From the NCBI RefSeq assembly GCF_964204645.1, contig NC_134036.1:1302001-1366000 (forward strand): a DNA stretch of 64,000 nt, written 5' to 3'. The notes under the pieces were generated by a model. That model ran no database searches. It was not told where the DNA came from and saw nothing but the letters and a program-made list of their open reading frames with translations. The DNA comes from Tubulanus polymorphus. Its lineage: Eukaryota > Animalia > Nemertea. Made by a program: the position numbers and the translations under genes. Positions 1 through 12,500 of the stretch are shown here, piece after piece. Within the stretch, counting starts at the first letter, position 1. Every line of letters starts with the position of its first letter.

Positions 1-1782
1 GACTGGTTTTAAGTTTTCTTAATGATTAAGATAAAGTTTATAGAACTTATAATATAGTTTCACTTAAACATTGGTCTTTAAATCTAAGCATCTGTAGATG
101 TGGACAAACATATTAATGGACGTTAAATTCTTAATTGGAATTTTTCCTGCTGACACTATTTTATCATCCCTATTCAAATAGTCGTCTAGACACGTTTTCG
201 TGTCGGCGTGAGCCTCGGTTTGATTTCTCGTCGAACGAGATACCTGATTTTTGATCGGTTAAAAATCCACGAATCGTCACGAATCGAAGGACATTTCATT
301 ATCTAAAAGCCATTATATACTTTCTGATGTGGACCTTAATCAATCTGCGTCCCGGGCATAAACACGACACGTTGTTAAAATGGATTTAATATATCGCTGA
401 AATGTCATTAAACTGTCTTGATATTGAAAAAAATATTCCCAAATGTTTTTCACTAATAGATTTCAACGATTCAGTAAAATTGTGATTAGTTACTGATGAC
501 GACCTTCTCGTTCTCAATAACTTCAACGATTCAGTAAAATTACGATTAGTTAAAGGGGATTGTATTCTAACGTCTTCCTCCCAAGGCTGATTCTTGACCA
601 CATGAAATAGTCCATAGATATGTTTGCCGATTGTACGTCATTGGCAAACTGCCCGAGGCGGCTGCAGTCCTAATGCACGTCACCTGGACCAAAAACATAC
701 CCGATATCGAGCCGTGGCTGTTAAAAGACTTAACAAGTCACATTCGGAAAAAAGAATCCATTTTCTATCCGTCTAACAAACCGTAGATAGTAATGGATTG
801 AGGAAGGGGCGGTTGCGAATAAAGTCGAATCCAGCGCAACAGTGAGATCCGTTGAGGTGACATTGTGTGTGATAAGGTCAGTTTCGAGTGCCTCGAGGGA
901 AAATAGAATACCAGCCTTTAGATACCGCCAGGTGGCCATTATTTATTTACGTGATATTTCAGATTTTAGAATGATATCTAATTGAATTTCGAATTTTCGG
1001 TTATTTTAGATTAAGTCTAATTGACAGATTTGTGGCCATTTTGAATTTCATGATTTATCGTATGCTTTTTAAGTTACATAGGTTCCTAACTTGTTTTATT
1101 ATTACTGGCGTAAAGTCTAAATGACTATTTTGCGGCCGTATTGCAATTCATGTTATTTTAGATTTTAGAATGATACCTTAGCAAAGTCTATATGACTGCT
1201 TTGCGGCTGTATTGAATTTCGTGTTATTACGTATGCTATATTTTAAGTAACATGACATTTCAATGGTATCCTGTGTTGTAGAAATTAGACACGCCTAATT
1301 GCGTTTATATAACGTGATAAACAACGCAATATTTTGTCTTTCGACGCGGTGTCATTGGGTGTCACTTTAATAAAGCATAAGTGACTGCTTTGCGGCCGTA
1401 TTGAATTTCGAAACTATTATATATCTAGTCTCGGATTTTCCATTTTTTTTCATAGAAATTTGAGTCTAAAAAGGCTAGAATTACTTTGGGATCTTATTCG
1501 TTTCTCTGTTTTCATCCCGCTTCACTTTCATGACACTTCGTAATATTTATGTCATCATGCGTTGGCGGCCATATTGAGTTTCGATGATATATATTCTTAA
1601 TTTCTAAACGATTTTGGGAGAGAGCACGCGGTCGAGATTTTCTGAGAAAAACGTCAGAACTATTTATTTTCATTATAGAAATACTTTTTTACCTAAATTT
1701 TCACTTCATAAGATATGATCAATGCTCAATCATTGATAACGCCTAGCGGCGGAAGAGTAAGATGGTATTCACGGGATTAATA

Positions 1783-1960
1783 AATCACGCCATCTTGTGG
1801 ATGAGTTAACATTCTTTAGTTAAATAAATGAAGATTGATCACGCCATCTAGTGGCGAAATAGTTAATATTTTCGAGGTAATTAAATTAAGATAAATCACG
1901 TCATCTAGTGGTGAAATAGTTTATATTTTTGAGATAGATGAATCACGCCATCTAGCGGTG
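1783..1960 (-). promoter_or_regulatory. Cluster of four CTCF-like motifs in ~50-57 bp degenerate tandem repeats
   Basis: CGCCATCTTGTGG (1788), CGCCATCTAGTGG (1842), CGTCATCTAGTGG (1899), CGCCATCTAGCGG (1946), each preceded by ATCA. The reverse complement CCACTAGATGGCG matches the bilaterian CTCF core consensus. Confidence 0.5.
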
Positions 1961-3489
1961 GAAAAAGTGGTAATGGAGGTTATCAACTCGTGGCGGGTAT
2001 GAATTGAGATTTTCGAAAGTAGTTTCGCTATATTCTCATTTCTCCATATTGTCTTCTGCCCGAAACGTCTGTTATCTGTCGTCTGGCTCTCGCTACGGGC
2101 GCCAAATGGAATCTAGTTAACGCTAATTCGCGGATAACGGAATTCGGTTAACGCTAATTCGAGGAGAATGGATTCGTTACTGTTATTGATATTGGCAATA
2201 AAACGGAGATCCATCTCGAACGATTAGCGTCGCTTTACTCCGGTGGTAGTCGACGGTATATCTGCGCGTAAGTAAGTTATAAAATCTAACCAGAGATAGA
2301 TGAGGAGGGTGGTACACGGTTTGTCGTTCTGCGGTGAGAGAGAGGGGGGAGCGGGAGAAGAGGTACTTAAAAGCACTTTTCTCGGTAACGTATTAAATAG
2401 GTGTTGTAGAGATGAAAAGAAGTAAATTAAGGATGTGCGGCTCTTTCAGCTGTTAGTGAAATAAATACCCCTTACGTATCGGCGGTTCCATTTAAAACGC
2501 GCCCACTTTGAAACTTGGCGCGCAATATTCTTTCTTTCTTGCTAAAGTGTATTTATAGACATTTCGATATCGACTACACGTACTGCGAGCTGTTAGCTGT
2601 TTGTCGCCGATATAACCGTCAATTCTGAACTATCGATTTTCTGATAAATGAACGAACAGTCGGCTTTATACATGTTGTCTAAGTGTTCGAAAGATAGAGG
2701 TTTCAGTCTCAAAGGACCCGGAATTTTGGCTGAGGGGGTCCTGTGCCCATAGATTTAGGGTTCCAGGCTGCCAAGGTTGACCTAAAATTTTAATAGTAAT
2801 GGCGAAGTATTTTATTTTTTTTTGACGAATATGATTTGAATAGTCGCTTTTTATACAAGTTCCGTGTTTATACATGTTCCATATACGGTTTTATACAATT
2901 TGACTTCGACCATATCGAAATTAATCTAGTTTCCGCAATTTATCCACGAAATCTGTCAAATATTTTGCCCCCGTCGATTATTCAGTTATATCGTCTAAGG
3001 ATTAGAAAGTGTGAAGGGATCAAAGGATTTTGGGGTTTCTGGCTGCACAGGTTGATGTTTTTTATTCGTATATACATTTCCAATAAAAAAAGGCTTTTAC
3101 GATCGGTGACATTTTTACTTCTCAAATTCGCGCGATCGATATTCGTGCTCTTTTTAGTGGACTGGACTTCAAACAGTAGAAAAGTATCTTATCTGTAAAT
3201 CAATTTTCAACCCCAGACATTCTGATCGAACGTCAACGCTATATTTATTCACTGTTAGTAGTTGCTCTTTAATTTACGTCGTTGCCTAGCGCGTACAACA
3301 GAACTTTTAACTTTCGATGTATCTACGCGTAGCGTTATCATCTCCTTTCATCTTTTAGTCGTTGTTGCGTTGTCTTTTTTTTCTGGTGGTACCGTAAAAG
3401 TTGTCGTGGTTGCTAAAGCTCCGCCCTACGCGTTTGTCGAAGCGGGAAGATCGATTAGTTCAGGTATCGCTCGATATAGCTTTAAAAAT

Positions 3490-3830
3490 TTAGGCTTAAA
3501 CGAAATTGATACCTTGTGCTCGTTTCTGCTGAGCTTAAATGTTGACCCGGTCGACAACCTATCTACCCTGTTAAATTACATTACTTTCTTTTGAATCATG
3601 ATCGCACTGACAATAAGAGACCCGGCAGTTATAGAAATGAACAAAATTACAAATGTTATTGCAAAAGTGCCAAAGTGACCCCGGCCGTATAGGAGAAGAA
3701 ACAAGGTATCATTTTATTTTAGCCTAAAATCCAAGTGAAAATTATAGAAATGAACTGATACCAAGTTTTATGGTAGTTTACAAAAATGACCCCCGGCCGG
3801 ACAGGAGAAACAAGGTATCGTTTTATTTTC
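3490..3830. repeat. Dispersed repeat, second copy at ~7452-7670
   Basis: Shared blocks TTTAGGCT.AA.GAAAT.GATAC, TTTCTGCTGAG, GCAGTTATAGAAATGAAC, TTTACAAAAATGACCC and GAAACAAGGTATCATTTTATTT in both places. The 3490 copy is also internally duplicated. Confidence 0.7.
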
Positions 3831-4861
3831 TGACTCTTCCTAACTGAGAGTTCTATTCACGAAGCTAAAACTCTTCATTCGGACGACTGTCATTGAGTGT
3901 AACATCTCGTCTGCTGCTGTCGTCTGTATAAAATCCAGTCATCCGCGAGAGAGTCAAAGTCGAGATATTTCAATAATGATATTCATACTTATCGCGTCAA
4001 TGGGAGAAATATCTGAGATTTTTGGAGAAATATCTGAGATTTTGTCGTGCAGATTTGAGAGGGTGATACATGTCGTAAGTGGTATATCGAATATCGGGTA
4101 TCGAATGACGATACTCTTCAACGAATGATGAAGATAATCTTGCCTCGTCATTTCGACAAGGAGGTGCTGCCATCTGTGAGTTGGTACTCTAACCACTATC
4201 TAGGGACTTTGCTAGCTAAAAGAAGGGAATCATTAAAAAGAGTAAACAAACTAATAATTCGGAAAAAGTCAGGGAAACTTGTTGAGATTGCTAGATTAAG
4301 CATAAAACAAAACAGTTTCTGTCTATGTTTTATGTATTTGACTGTGTTAATTGACCGAATTCTTAGCAGATCAAGTCAGGGAAACAAACAACGTGCATGT
4401 CAGGGAATAGTCAGGGGGCAAAGGTATTCAAATAAAGAGTGGCTACCCTGTCATAGGAATGGGTGGGAATGGATATTTTATGAAGGTTGTTGAAATTCTC
4501 GTCGCTGTTGATGAGTCGTAATTTCAGCTCATTTTCCGAATTTTCAAACTGCTAGGAAAAAACCGTTACTGACGAGTTAACCGTCGTAAAACGGCTCGTT
4601 ATAGCGTGTCGTAAAACGGCACTGCAGTTTCCGGAATAGAGAGATTATACACCGGTACTGTTGATAGAGAGCAGGCTGATTGGTGCGTGAAGTCTTCTTT
4701 AACACTCTTGAAGGGCACACGACATCTTTGTCACCTAGTAACCAAAAAGAACGTTCGACATTGTTGAAAATTTGAATATTTAAATGTTTCATAGATTTTC
4801 TACAGAGGAGAAGACGTATTTTCAGTGGAAAGGCTACTGAACTAAATGCAAAATGTGAAAA

Positions 4862-4934
4862 AGGCACCGCCCGGATTTGAACCGGGGATCTCCTGTTTAC
4901 TAGACAGGCGCTTTAACCGCTAAGCCACGGCGCC
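4862..4934 (-). tRNA. trnT: tRNA-Thr (anticodon AGT)
   Basis: Reverse complement GGCGCCGTGGCTTAGCGGTTAAAGCGCCTGTCTAGTAAACAGGAGATCCCCGGTTCAAATCCGGGCGGTGCCT folds as a cloverleaf with anticodon loop CT-AGT-AA, A and B boxes, and a T-run Pol III terminator directly downstream. Confidence 0.97.
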
Positions 4935-7900
4935 GCTTAGTGGTCACTTGAGCTCGGACAGTGTCCAGGTCAGTTCTTCTGGTGGTGGCGTGTTCGGTTC
5001 AGTGACCAGAGCGTGACCAGTGGGAGTGAAGTTAGTGACTAGAACAGCCGCCAACAATTGAGGAACAAGTATAGAACCTTGGTTAACTCCCTCCCCTCGC
5101 TAAGCCATCTGAGTAAGGAAAGCAGCGGATAGGTTAGTATGTCCTCCCGGCAGCGGAGGGAGCATTAGGATAATTCCCAAACATCTTGTTTATATAATAG
5201 AAGTGTAGATCTCCAAGAACATATTTCACTTTCGGCGAATTAGACTTGAATTCACGATAGCGATGTGGTCTATTATGATCTTTAATTCTTAATGAACCTT
5301 AAAATCTATTCAAAACTTTTTCTTTTCAACGTTATTTTCGACTTTTTCATCTTTAAACCGGAATTAACTTTCTGTTATTCCATTCGCACAGAACAACGAC
5401 GATTCTATTCCGCTGTTTTCTCCGCGTGTCGTTTCTTTTGTTTCGCCTTCTTTTCGAAATTGCTTGTTCGCGTTTTGATCGACCGTCCGGGGAATTGCCG
5501 CCGATTGCCGCCTCGATAAAAAACAACAACATCCGATACAACGAGAATTGAGTTTCACAAGTGTTTTGTTTGACGCGCAGAGACGACAACAATACCAGCA
5601 GTTTTGTCCGTATCATAGGCGACAGATTCGAATCACTATTCATGTATATATATGTATATATCAGGTTTAATACTACGGGGAAATCAGACGATGAAACCGG
5701 CGTGTAGTAACAAACGTTTTACGGATTAAATGTCGATGCGATTGCCGAACAGTAAAGGGTTTATTCTCGGATTAATCTACTCCGCGCGTTTCTTAAATCG
5801 TCGTCGTGGTTATCTCGTGTGTTTTAAGTCAATTTGAAACAATTGCATCGATACAACGCCATCTTCAGGCCAAATAAGAAACTAAATCTGAAAAATGCTC
5901 CTAAACTTCTAAGATTTTTTTACATCTGTATTTTTTTCTAGCTGCCTACATTCCTACTGCAGAAGGCCGACTAGACCAGGTGTCCCAGGCTCGAATCTCC
6001 GACGATTTGAAGAAACTTTTGTGCTACATAAAAGACCTGTCAGAAGAGGAATGCGCTGAAGGTGAGAGAGAACGGAAAAATTAAAAAAAACAAAACAAAA
6101 ACAAAAGCTTTTGATACAATTTGAAAAATCAAGAGCCCTAACATAGACCCCTGGGAAATGATGTTTGCATCGAGGTTTCCCCTTATGATATTGTGGGATT
6201 GATTCGATAATGGCTGTTTCCATTGATACCCTTATGACATCATCACATCGATGAGTTGACATTTCTAAAGATGCCTGCCTCTATAATTCCCCCTATGACA
6301 TCATCAAATTGCTTACGAATTCGATGAATGCGGAGTTCCTGAATTTTGATCAACTCGTCGATTTTCGCGCGTATTCCCAGACACGTCCACCGGACTCGGG
6401 GGTAATGACTCATTCACATTCAGCACAGCTCGTACAGGCCACGGTTACATCCGGGTATCTCTGCGGTCTAGCGACGACATTCGCAGACGAGAAATTACAA
6501 ATTAGAAATTTTCCCGTCGCATTTTTTTATTTACGTCTAATTTTATGAATAAATGAATAAAACGTGATAAATATTCATGCGATTCTGCTTCCGGTTGATG
6601 TGTGACTTCCGGTCCGTTGACGCGAGAATATGACGTCACGTATAAACAAATAGTACGCGTGGAATAACATCGCGGTTCATCGGTCCGTGTAATGTATTCT
6701 TCCGCCGAGTTTGACGTCTGATATTTCTGTCAATCGCGTGGATCTTCGTCGTCGATAACGATCGTAATTGTTGCGTAAGCGACAACGGCGCGCACGTGAC
6801 TCGTCATTTATTCACTGTGTGACGTTATTTAGACTCGGGTCGGATGATTGACAGCCCCCGAGCGAATGGGGGTGGTTCCAGATGACGGTTCTCCTAGTTT
6901 CGTCTGCGGCGCATGATAAACGAATCGGGCGACGAAAATTGGTTTGAAATGTCGTGTGTCACGTGACGCATCGTCGTCCGCTTCTTTCTGTTAATAGAAC
7001 AGACCCGGGAACCCGTCGCCTTTTACGTGTCGTATTTGACAACTTTGAAAAACAATTTAGCGAAAGCATAGAACTACCGTTTCTTTTATATACGTGGACA
7101 ATTAACGAAAGTTCAGGTTCGGGTTAATTGAATTTTCAGTATTTTGTAAAAATGGAATCTTTTTTTCCTAATTTGTATTTATATTTATTCATAATTCCAG
7201 ATTCTGCTATACAACGCGTTTTATCCAAACTTCACGAAGAGGAAAAACAAAAGTAAGTTTTTGGTAAAGCTTTTCGAGTAACAAAAATGTTTTTTTGTAG
7301 AAAGGGAATTTTTAAGCCGAAAAGAATTGTTACCTTGTTACTCATTTCCGCTGGGCTTAAAAGTTGGCATGACCGGTCGCCTATCTATCTACCCTGTACA
7401 TTACAGTGTACTTATAAACACTACTCTAATGTCTATTTCGATTGCGATGTCTTTAGGCTAAAAGAAATCGATACATTGTTTCTCATTTCTGCTGAGTTTA
7501 TAAGTTATCTACCCTGAACATTAATTTAAAAAAAAAATCATGATCAAACCAACAAATAACAGATCCAGCAGTTATAGAAATGAACTGTGACTACAAGTTT
7601 AATTGCTGTTTACAAAAATGACCCGGTTGATTATTGAGAAACAAGGTATCATTTTATTTAGCCTAATTTTCAATTGAATCGTAAAATCGTATTTCTTACT
7701 AAACACAAGATATCAGATTTCTGTGTAAATTCCTCCCCCTTCTCAGAAACATAATCAATGTAACACACGCAGTTTTGTAATTCGAGAAGTTTCTGTTTCT
7801 CGTAAACCGAACATTTTTTGTTTCTACGAAATTTAATACGTGTTTGTTCGATGAAGGCTGAAAGATGACTCTATGTATTTACTACACAGATAAACAGCAT

Positions 7901-9222
7901 TGCAGAAATGCGTGTTTTTATTTCTTGAGTTTCTGTTGCAAAATCGTAATTCGTGCTGTTTTGAGAATGAGCATATCGCTGCTTTGCGGCTATATTTAAA
8001 ATCTTAATTTTTATTTTTTTTATGTACGATTCTAATTTTACTCCTCTCATATAATTCGATTATATATTACTTAAAGAATTAGAATGATATTTATTTTTCA
8101 TTGTTCTCCCTCTAGCGAGGATATGGCTAACTATCGCGAAATGCTAGAAAAACGCGGTCGCCAAGGAAGCAGTTCCTTCTACTCGGAATGGAAATAGCTC
8201 TCGTCGTAGTCTCGTCAACGGGATTCCACGAGAACTTGATGACGTCATGAGTTCCCGTCTGCGCGAGTCGATGATGACGATGGCGTCACTTGCATCCAAT
8301 CGTGAGAAACGGATACCAGGTGGCGCAGTTTCTGTTAAAGAATTTGACTTTGAAATAACGAATAAACATAGACTATTTATTTCTTCGTGAGACTTTGTTG
8401 TCGATTTGTATTTTTGGTCACCAAAACCTTCCCCCTATGACGCCATCGAGGTTTAGGGTCCATTTAGAAAAGATTGCCGAATCCTTAATTCTCTCAATTA
8501 CGTAATCTAGATAACTTCAGAAAAGCTGGCTGCCTCCAAAAATGACGTGACCTAATTGATTAGTGTGGTGATAAGTTCGACTAAGATGGTTGCTTTTATA
8601 AATCCCCCTATGACATCATCAAATACAAGTGGTGATAAGCCGTAGAAAGATGACATCACGATATACAAGTTGGATTCCAGTAAAACAGCAACTATATGTC
8701 TATTCGAGGCCGAGTGTATAAACAAGCGCTGATTCAATCAGATATCATGAAGCTTATCGCGACTAGCACCTAAAATTCCCTAGTTCAGCAAGATAAGGGG
8801 CGGCCACGACTGACCCCGCATCCCCGAATCAGTGGACTACAAAAACCAGATAACAATGTAAAATCTCTTGAGTTTGGTTACACGCTCATCCTTAGACCAG
8901 TGTCCGGGTGTCATCTCTCGGGAGGTACTGGATTTAGCTTTGCAAGATATTCCAACATCCTTGAGTTCCATCAAAACTAAGTAACTCAGAAAAAGACTTA
9001 ATTCACATACAAGGACTGAATTAATATTTCTATTCTATCAGAATTACAGGCACTACATAATTAGCTAGTTATGTTTAATTGGGATTACATGATATAGTTT
9101 AGCATTTATTCAGATACGATTACATAGAATTTTATTCAGTATTTACACGATTTCTTATATTCTGAACAATTTTGGTGACCATTGGTCCCCTAATGGTGCA
9201 ACCGGTTACGAAGTTATTAATA

Positions 9223-9224
<2 letters not shown>

Positions 9225-9260
<36 letters not shown>

Positions 9261-9303
9261 ATTATTATTATTATAATAATAATAATATATTATTATTATT
9301 ATT
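9225..9303. repeat. (ATT)n / AT-rich microsatellite
   Basis: Run of ATT repeats with AAT variants. Confidence 0.9.
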
Positions 9304-9334
9304 TTGTTTATGTGCGAACTGCGTGGCTATACCT

Positions 9335-9492
9335 CAGTGGAGCCTTTGTTACGGCGAACTTCACGTGACCACAAAATGTGTCCGTTATAACCGATAGTTC
9401 CGTTATATCCAATATGAAATTAATCAAATTTCTTATTTTGGATAAAATTCTATATTTGTTGTATCCGAGGTCGTTAAAACGAGGTTCCGTTG
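9335..9492. mobile_element. Degenerate Tc1/mariner-pogo (Tigger-like) MITE
   Basis: Left end CAGTGGAGCCT. Right end CGTTAAAACGAGGTTCCGTTG followed by TA. Internal CGTTATA motifs are typical of such MITEs. Confidence 0.55.
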
Positions 9493-9624
9493 TATAAATC
9501 TGCAGGACGAACGTATTGTCGTTAACCCTGACCATGGACGTACCACGCCCCGACTGTAGTTCATATAACGAAAAACCCATTCGCATCAGTACTTATCATT
9601 TTGGATCATCATTTAGATGCATCA

Positions 9625-11193
9625 TTAGTCGCCTTGAATTTTATGTTTTTTTTTAATGATGTTGTTGATAGAACATATTTTCTCGCTCTTATTCTCACTA
9701 CCGGAGACCTGCTTCCAATGATCTCCGAATACATACACCTGATCATTGGTCACACAAATTCTGCGTGGTTCATGTATATCACTCGCATTGAAACCGGGCA
9801 CTGGTTTCGGTTCACCTATAAACCCTTCGTCGTTACATCTCACCAGTAAAATATAGCTCTTGTACACCTTATGCTGACCGCGGTAATCGCCTATTTCTTG
9901 TCTAAGTAAAATCAATAAGTTAGAGTTGTCTATTACAGCTATATCTAGTACATACTGGGGCGGATGATTTTGTTCGCAAGTATCTAGTTTAAGAAGTAAA
10001 CTGTCTTTAATCTGATGTGTTTCCAGACAAAACATGTGAATTCTACGTGAATCCTGTGAAACTAGAAACATCTTCTTTGGATCGTTTACTGCTAACACAT
10101 CATCACTAGTATCGAGACCACTTACAGTGTATTTCCTCCCAGTCTTATCTATGATATCGCCGTCACTTGGTTGCGTCTTTAAAGGATATGTAACGATGTT
10201 TTGCTTTTGTTTTAGATAAATCGTGTTATTAGCTACATATATTAGTTCTAATTCGCTGTCAATTTTGTCGCTAACACATTCACGTTTAGCAATATCAGTG
10301 TATACTATAAGACGGAAAGTACGCTCTCCGCTCGGTCTATATACATAACCTGTCGTCTGATCACAGAATAATCCATATCCTTTTAAAGTAGCTAATTGTT
10401 TAAAAACTTCAGGAAATAAGGAGGGGTTTTCTCTTTGAGTACAGGTTCTTAAACATTCTCCTGAATTATAAAAAAACAATCCGCTTGGAAGGTCTACTTG
10501 TTTAAAATCTTTATAATTATCAGTATAGTAGATGTATGATTGGTCTGCAATGATAATCCTGGTTGTTTTTGCACCTGCTGGTTTGTATGCTGTTATCATA
10601 GTCGGATCCAAACCTTGAGGCACGATGCACCAACCGATATGATTAAATGATAATTCATAATCGGTTGATATCCCTTCATTGGACCCTCCTTGACGCGGGG
10701 CTGCACCTCCAACAGCTCCCTCTGGGCTCGGTAACGATACCGCAGACTCTTGCGAATCAGCTGCAATGATGAATTCTACCTTGTTCGACAACAGTTTGTT
10801 TGTCATTGTCAACAGGTTGTCGCACATACCAGACAATAAATTCTCAATCAGTGAACTCATTTTCTCGCATGTTTTAGTTTTATCCGTAAACAACCGACAC
10901 TCTTTCATCAGTTCATCGAACTGCTTTTTCGTATGTTCATCGTCATTTTTATATCGTTGAATATCGTTAACGATACGCGTCCTGTATGCGTTAAGTTCAG
11001 TCTCAAACCTAACCTTCAATTCCGCACATTTTTCATCGATTCTGTTCACGTAACTGGTCCACTGATTTCGACTGAGCTCGAAGTCGTTGTTGAAGTTGGT
11101 CGCAATGTTCTCGATACGTTCCTGAAGCGCTTCCATTTTCACACACTTGACACACCCCGTTAGCAAGCGACAAGACTGACGCAATAGACTCAA
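9625..11193 (-). CDS. Intronless coiled-coil plus beta-propeller protein (TRIM/NHL-like, no intact RING or B-box)
   Basis: 522-aa ORF. N-terminal heptad-rich helical region (MEALQERIENIA...LLSNKVEF), a low-complexity linker, then beta-strand repeats resembling NHL blades (RIIIAD, DIAVIDNSNLLIL, EPRRICVTNDQVYVFG). The true start may be the second Met (MEALQ). Confidence 0.7.
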   Translation of the reverse strand: MSLLRQSCRLLTGCVKCVKMEALQERIENIATNFNNDFELSRNQWTSYVNRIDEKCAELKVRFETELNAYRTRIVNDIQRYKNDDEHTKKQFDELMKECRLFTDKTKTCEKMSSLIENLLSGMCDNLLTMTNKLLSNKVEFIIAADSQESAVSLPSPEGAVGGAAPRQGGSNEGISTDYELSFNHIGWCIVPQGLDPTMITAYKPAGAKTTRIIIADQSYIYYTDNYKDFKQVDLPSGLFFYNSGECLRTCTQRENPSLFPEVFKQLATLKGYGLFCDQTTGYVYRPSGERTFRLIVYTDIAKRECVSDKIDSELELIYVANNTIYLKQKQNIVTYPLKTQPSDGDIIDKTGRKYTVSGLDTSDDVLAVNDPKKMFLVSQDSRRIHMFCLETHQIKDSLLLKLDTCEQNHPPQYVLDIAVIDNSNLLILLRQEIGDYRGQHKVYKSYILLVRCNDEGFIGEPKPVPGFNASDIHEPRRICVTNDQVYVFGDHWKQVSGSENKSEKICSINNIIKKKHKIQGD

Positions 11194-11701
11194 TGTTGAC
11201 AGTTTGTTTACAACTGGTTGTTGTGCAACAACTTGTATAAATCATTTTGCAAAAACAGGTTTCAGGAATTCATTTGTATTTCTTTATCTCGTTATGATGT
11301 GGCTTGAAAATGTTATTGGGTCATAACTGCGTAAGTAAGTTAGGTATTCAAGATATAATATATTCTATAGCCAACCTAACAACAAAATATCGGTCTAAGT
11401 TTCTTTTAAGTTCTACATATACAGATATATAGTAAAACATCTCCGACATACCGCCATAGTTTCCATATCGCCAAAATCGTTCCGTTTCATTTGAGCAACT
11501 GGCCCCTGGTTGTCGATAATCCGTGAAGACCTAGCCCTTGTGGATATTAAGTTGACGCCAAGCGAAACTTTAACTTTCCTGGAGGAACTTACTGTTGACC
11601 GTAATAATTGGAGGTGCCTTGTACATCACATCGTGACGCAGCGGCGTTGGTGATATCATAGATAAAGAAGAAGAATCTCACGATATTTCAAAGTGGACCT
11701 A

Positions 11702-11831
11702 GGGCCAGTTCCACAGTCGTGACTTTAGTCCAAAAATGGCTCTAATCTTAAGACTGGTCTTAAGTTTGGCTATAGAACTAAGTTGGTCTTAGACAGGTCT
11801 TAAGTCTAAGCCATGACTGTGCAACCGGTCC
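11702..11831. mobile_element. PIF/Harbinger-like MITE family 1 (~130 bp)
   Basis: Imperfect TIRs GGGCCAGTTCCACAGTCGTGACT / AGCCATGACTGTGCAACCGGTCC, flanked by CTA / CTG. The paralogous empty site at ~49815 reads AACCTGATTT. An inverted copy lies at 28156-28293. Confidence 0.8.
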
Positions 11832-11845
11832 CTGATCTTGTTCAG

Positions 11846-11953
11846 GATCCAGTTCCACAGTCATGAGTAAGAGTTAATTCTGAGTTAAAATTAGTTCATT
11901 TTCAATGAGTTAACTCTGAGTCAAATCTTAACTCACAACTGTGGAACTGGGTC
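11846..11953. mobile_element. PIF/Harbinger-like MITE family 2 (~108 bp)
   Basis: TIRs GATCCAGTTCCACAG / CTGTGGAACTGGGTC with a CAG target-site duplication. Related copy at 62599-62745. Confidence 0.85.
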
Positions 11954-12500
11954 CAGTGTAATAACTCTGAAGATCGAATTTAGCTCTCATAGTTACCTCC
12001 TGGATCGCAAACTCTCAAAATCTGATATTTCAACAAATATATTTTGATAACTCTTTTTACATGTTGATTTCTAGTTTAATTACACGTGCAAAATATCAAT
12101 AAATTCTTGCGATATCAATTTAACACTTGATGTAAAGTAAATAATTCTTCTAAACTCTTGCGTTATTTTAACTCAGCTTAAAATAATATTGTTTCATTAA
12201 AATAAATCATGTCTCTGACATTTTTGATTTAATCATATTCCATTTTAAATTTCACTTTGTCCATTGACAATAATGTTTTCTCGTCTAAAATGATAATAGA
12301 TCCATCTTATCCGATAACAATAAGTTCTGTCTCGTACCGCTTTGTTACCTTAAATTTAATCATATCGCGTATTGTCCATCGATAATCGCCACAGTTTCGA
12401 TATCGGAAACATCATGGGCTGAATGAAAATTGAACCATTGTATTTCGTAAAATTAGAATACAATGACAGTTGACACAACCCGCTGTAGAACTTATGAATC

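Noticed and set aside
5085-5165. Possible hairpin (CTCCCTCC...GGAGGGAG) near the tRNA as an ncRNA
   Set aside because: Short imperfect complementarity only, with no recognisable RNA family features.
386-9000. Numerous 60-120 aa ORFs in the first 9 kb
   Set aside because: No recognisable domains or consistent exon chain. They are compatible with chance ORFs in repeat-derived DNA.
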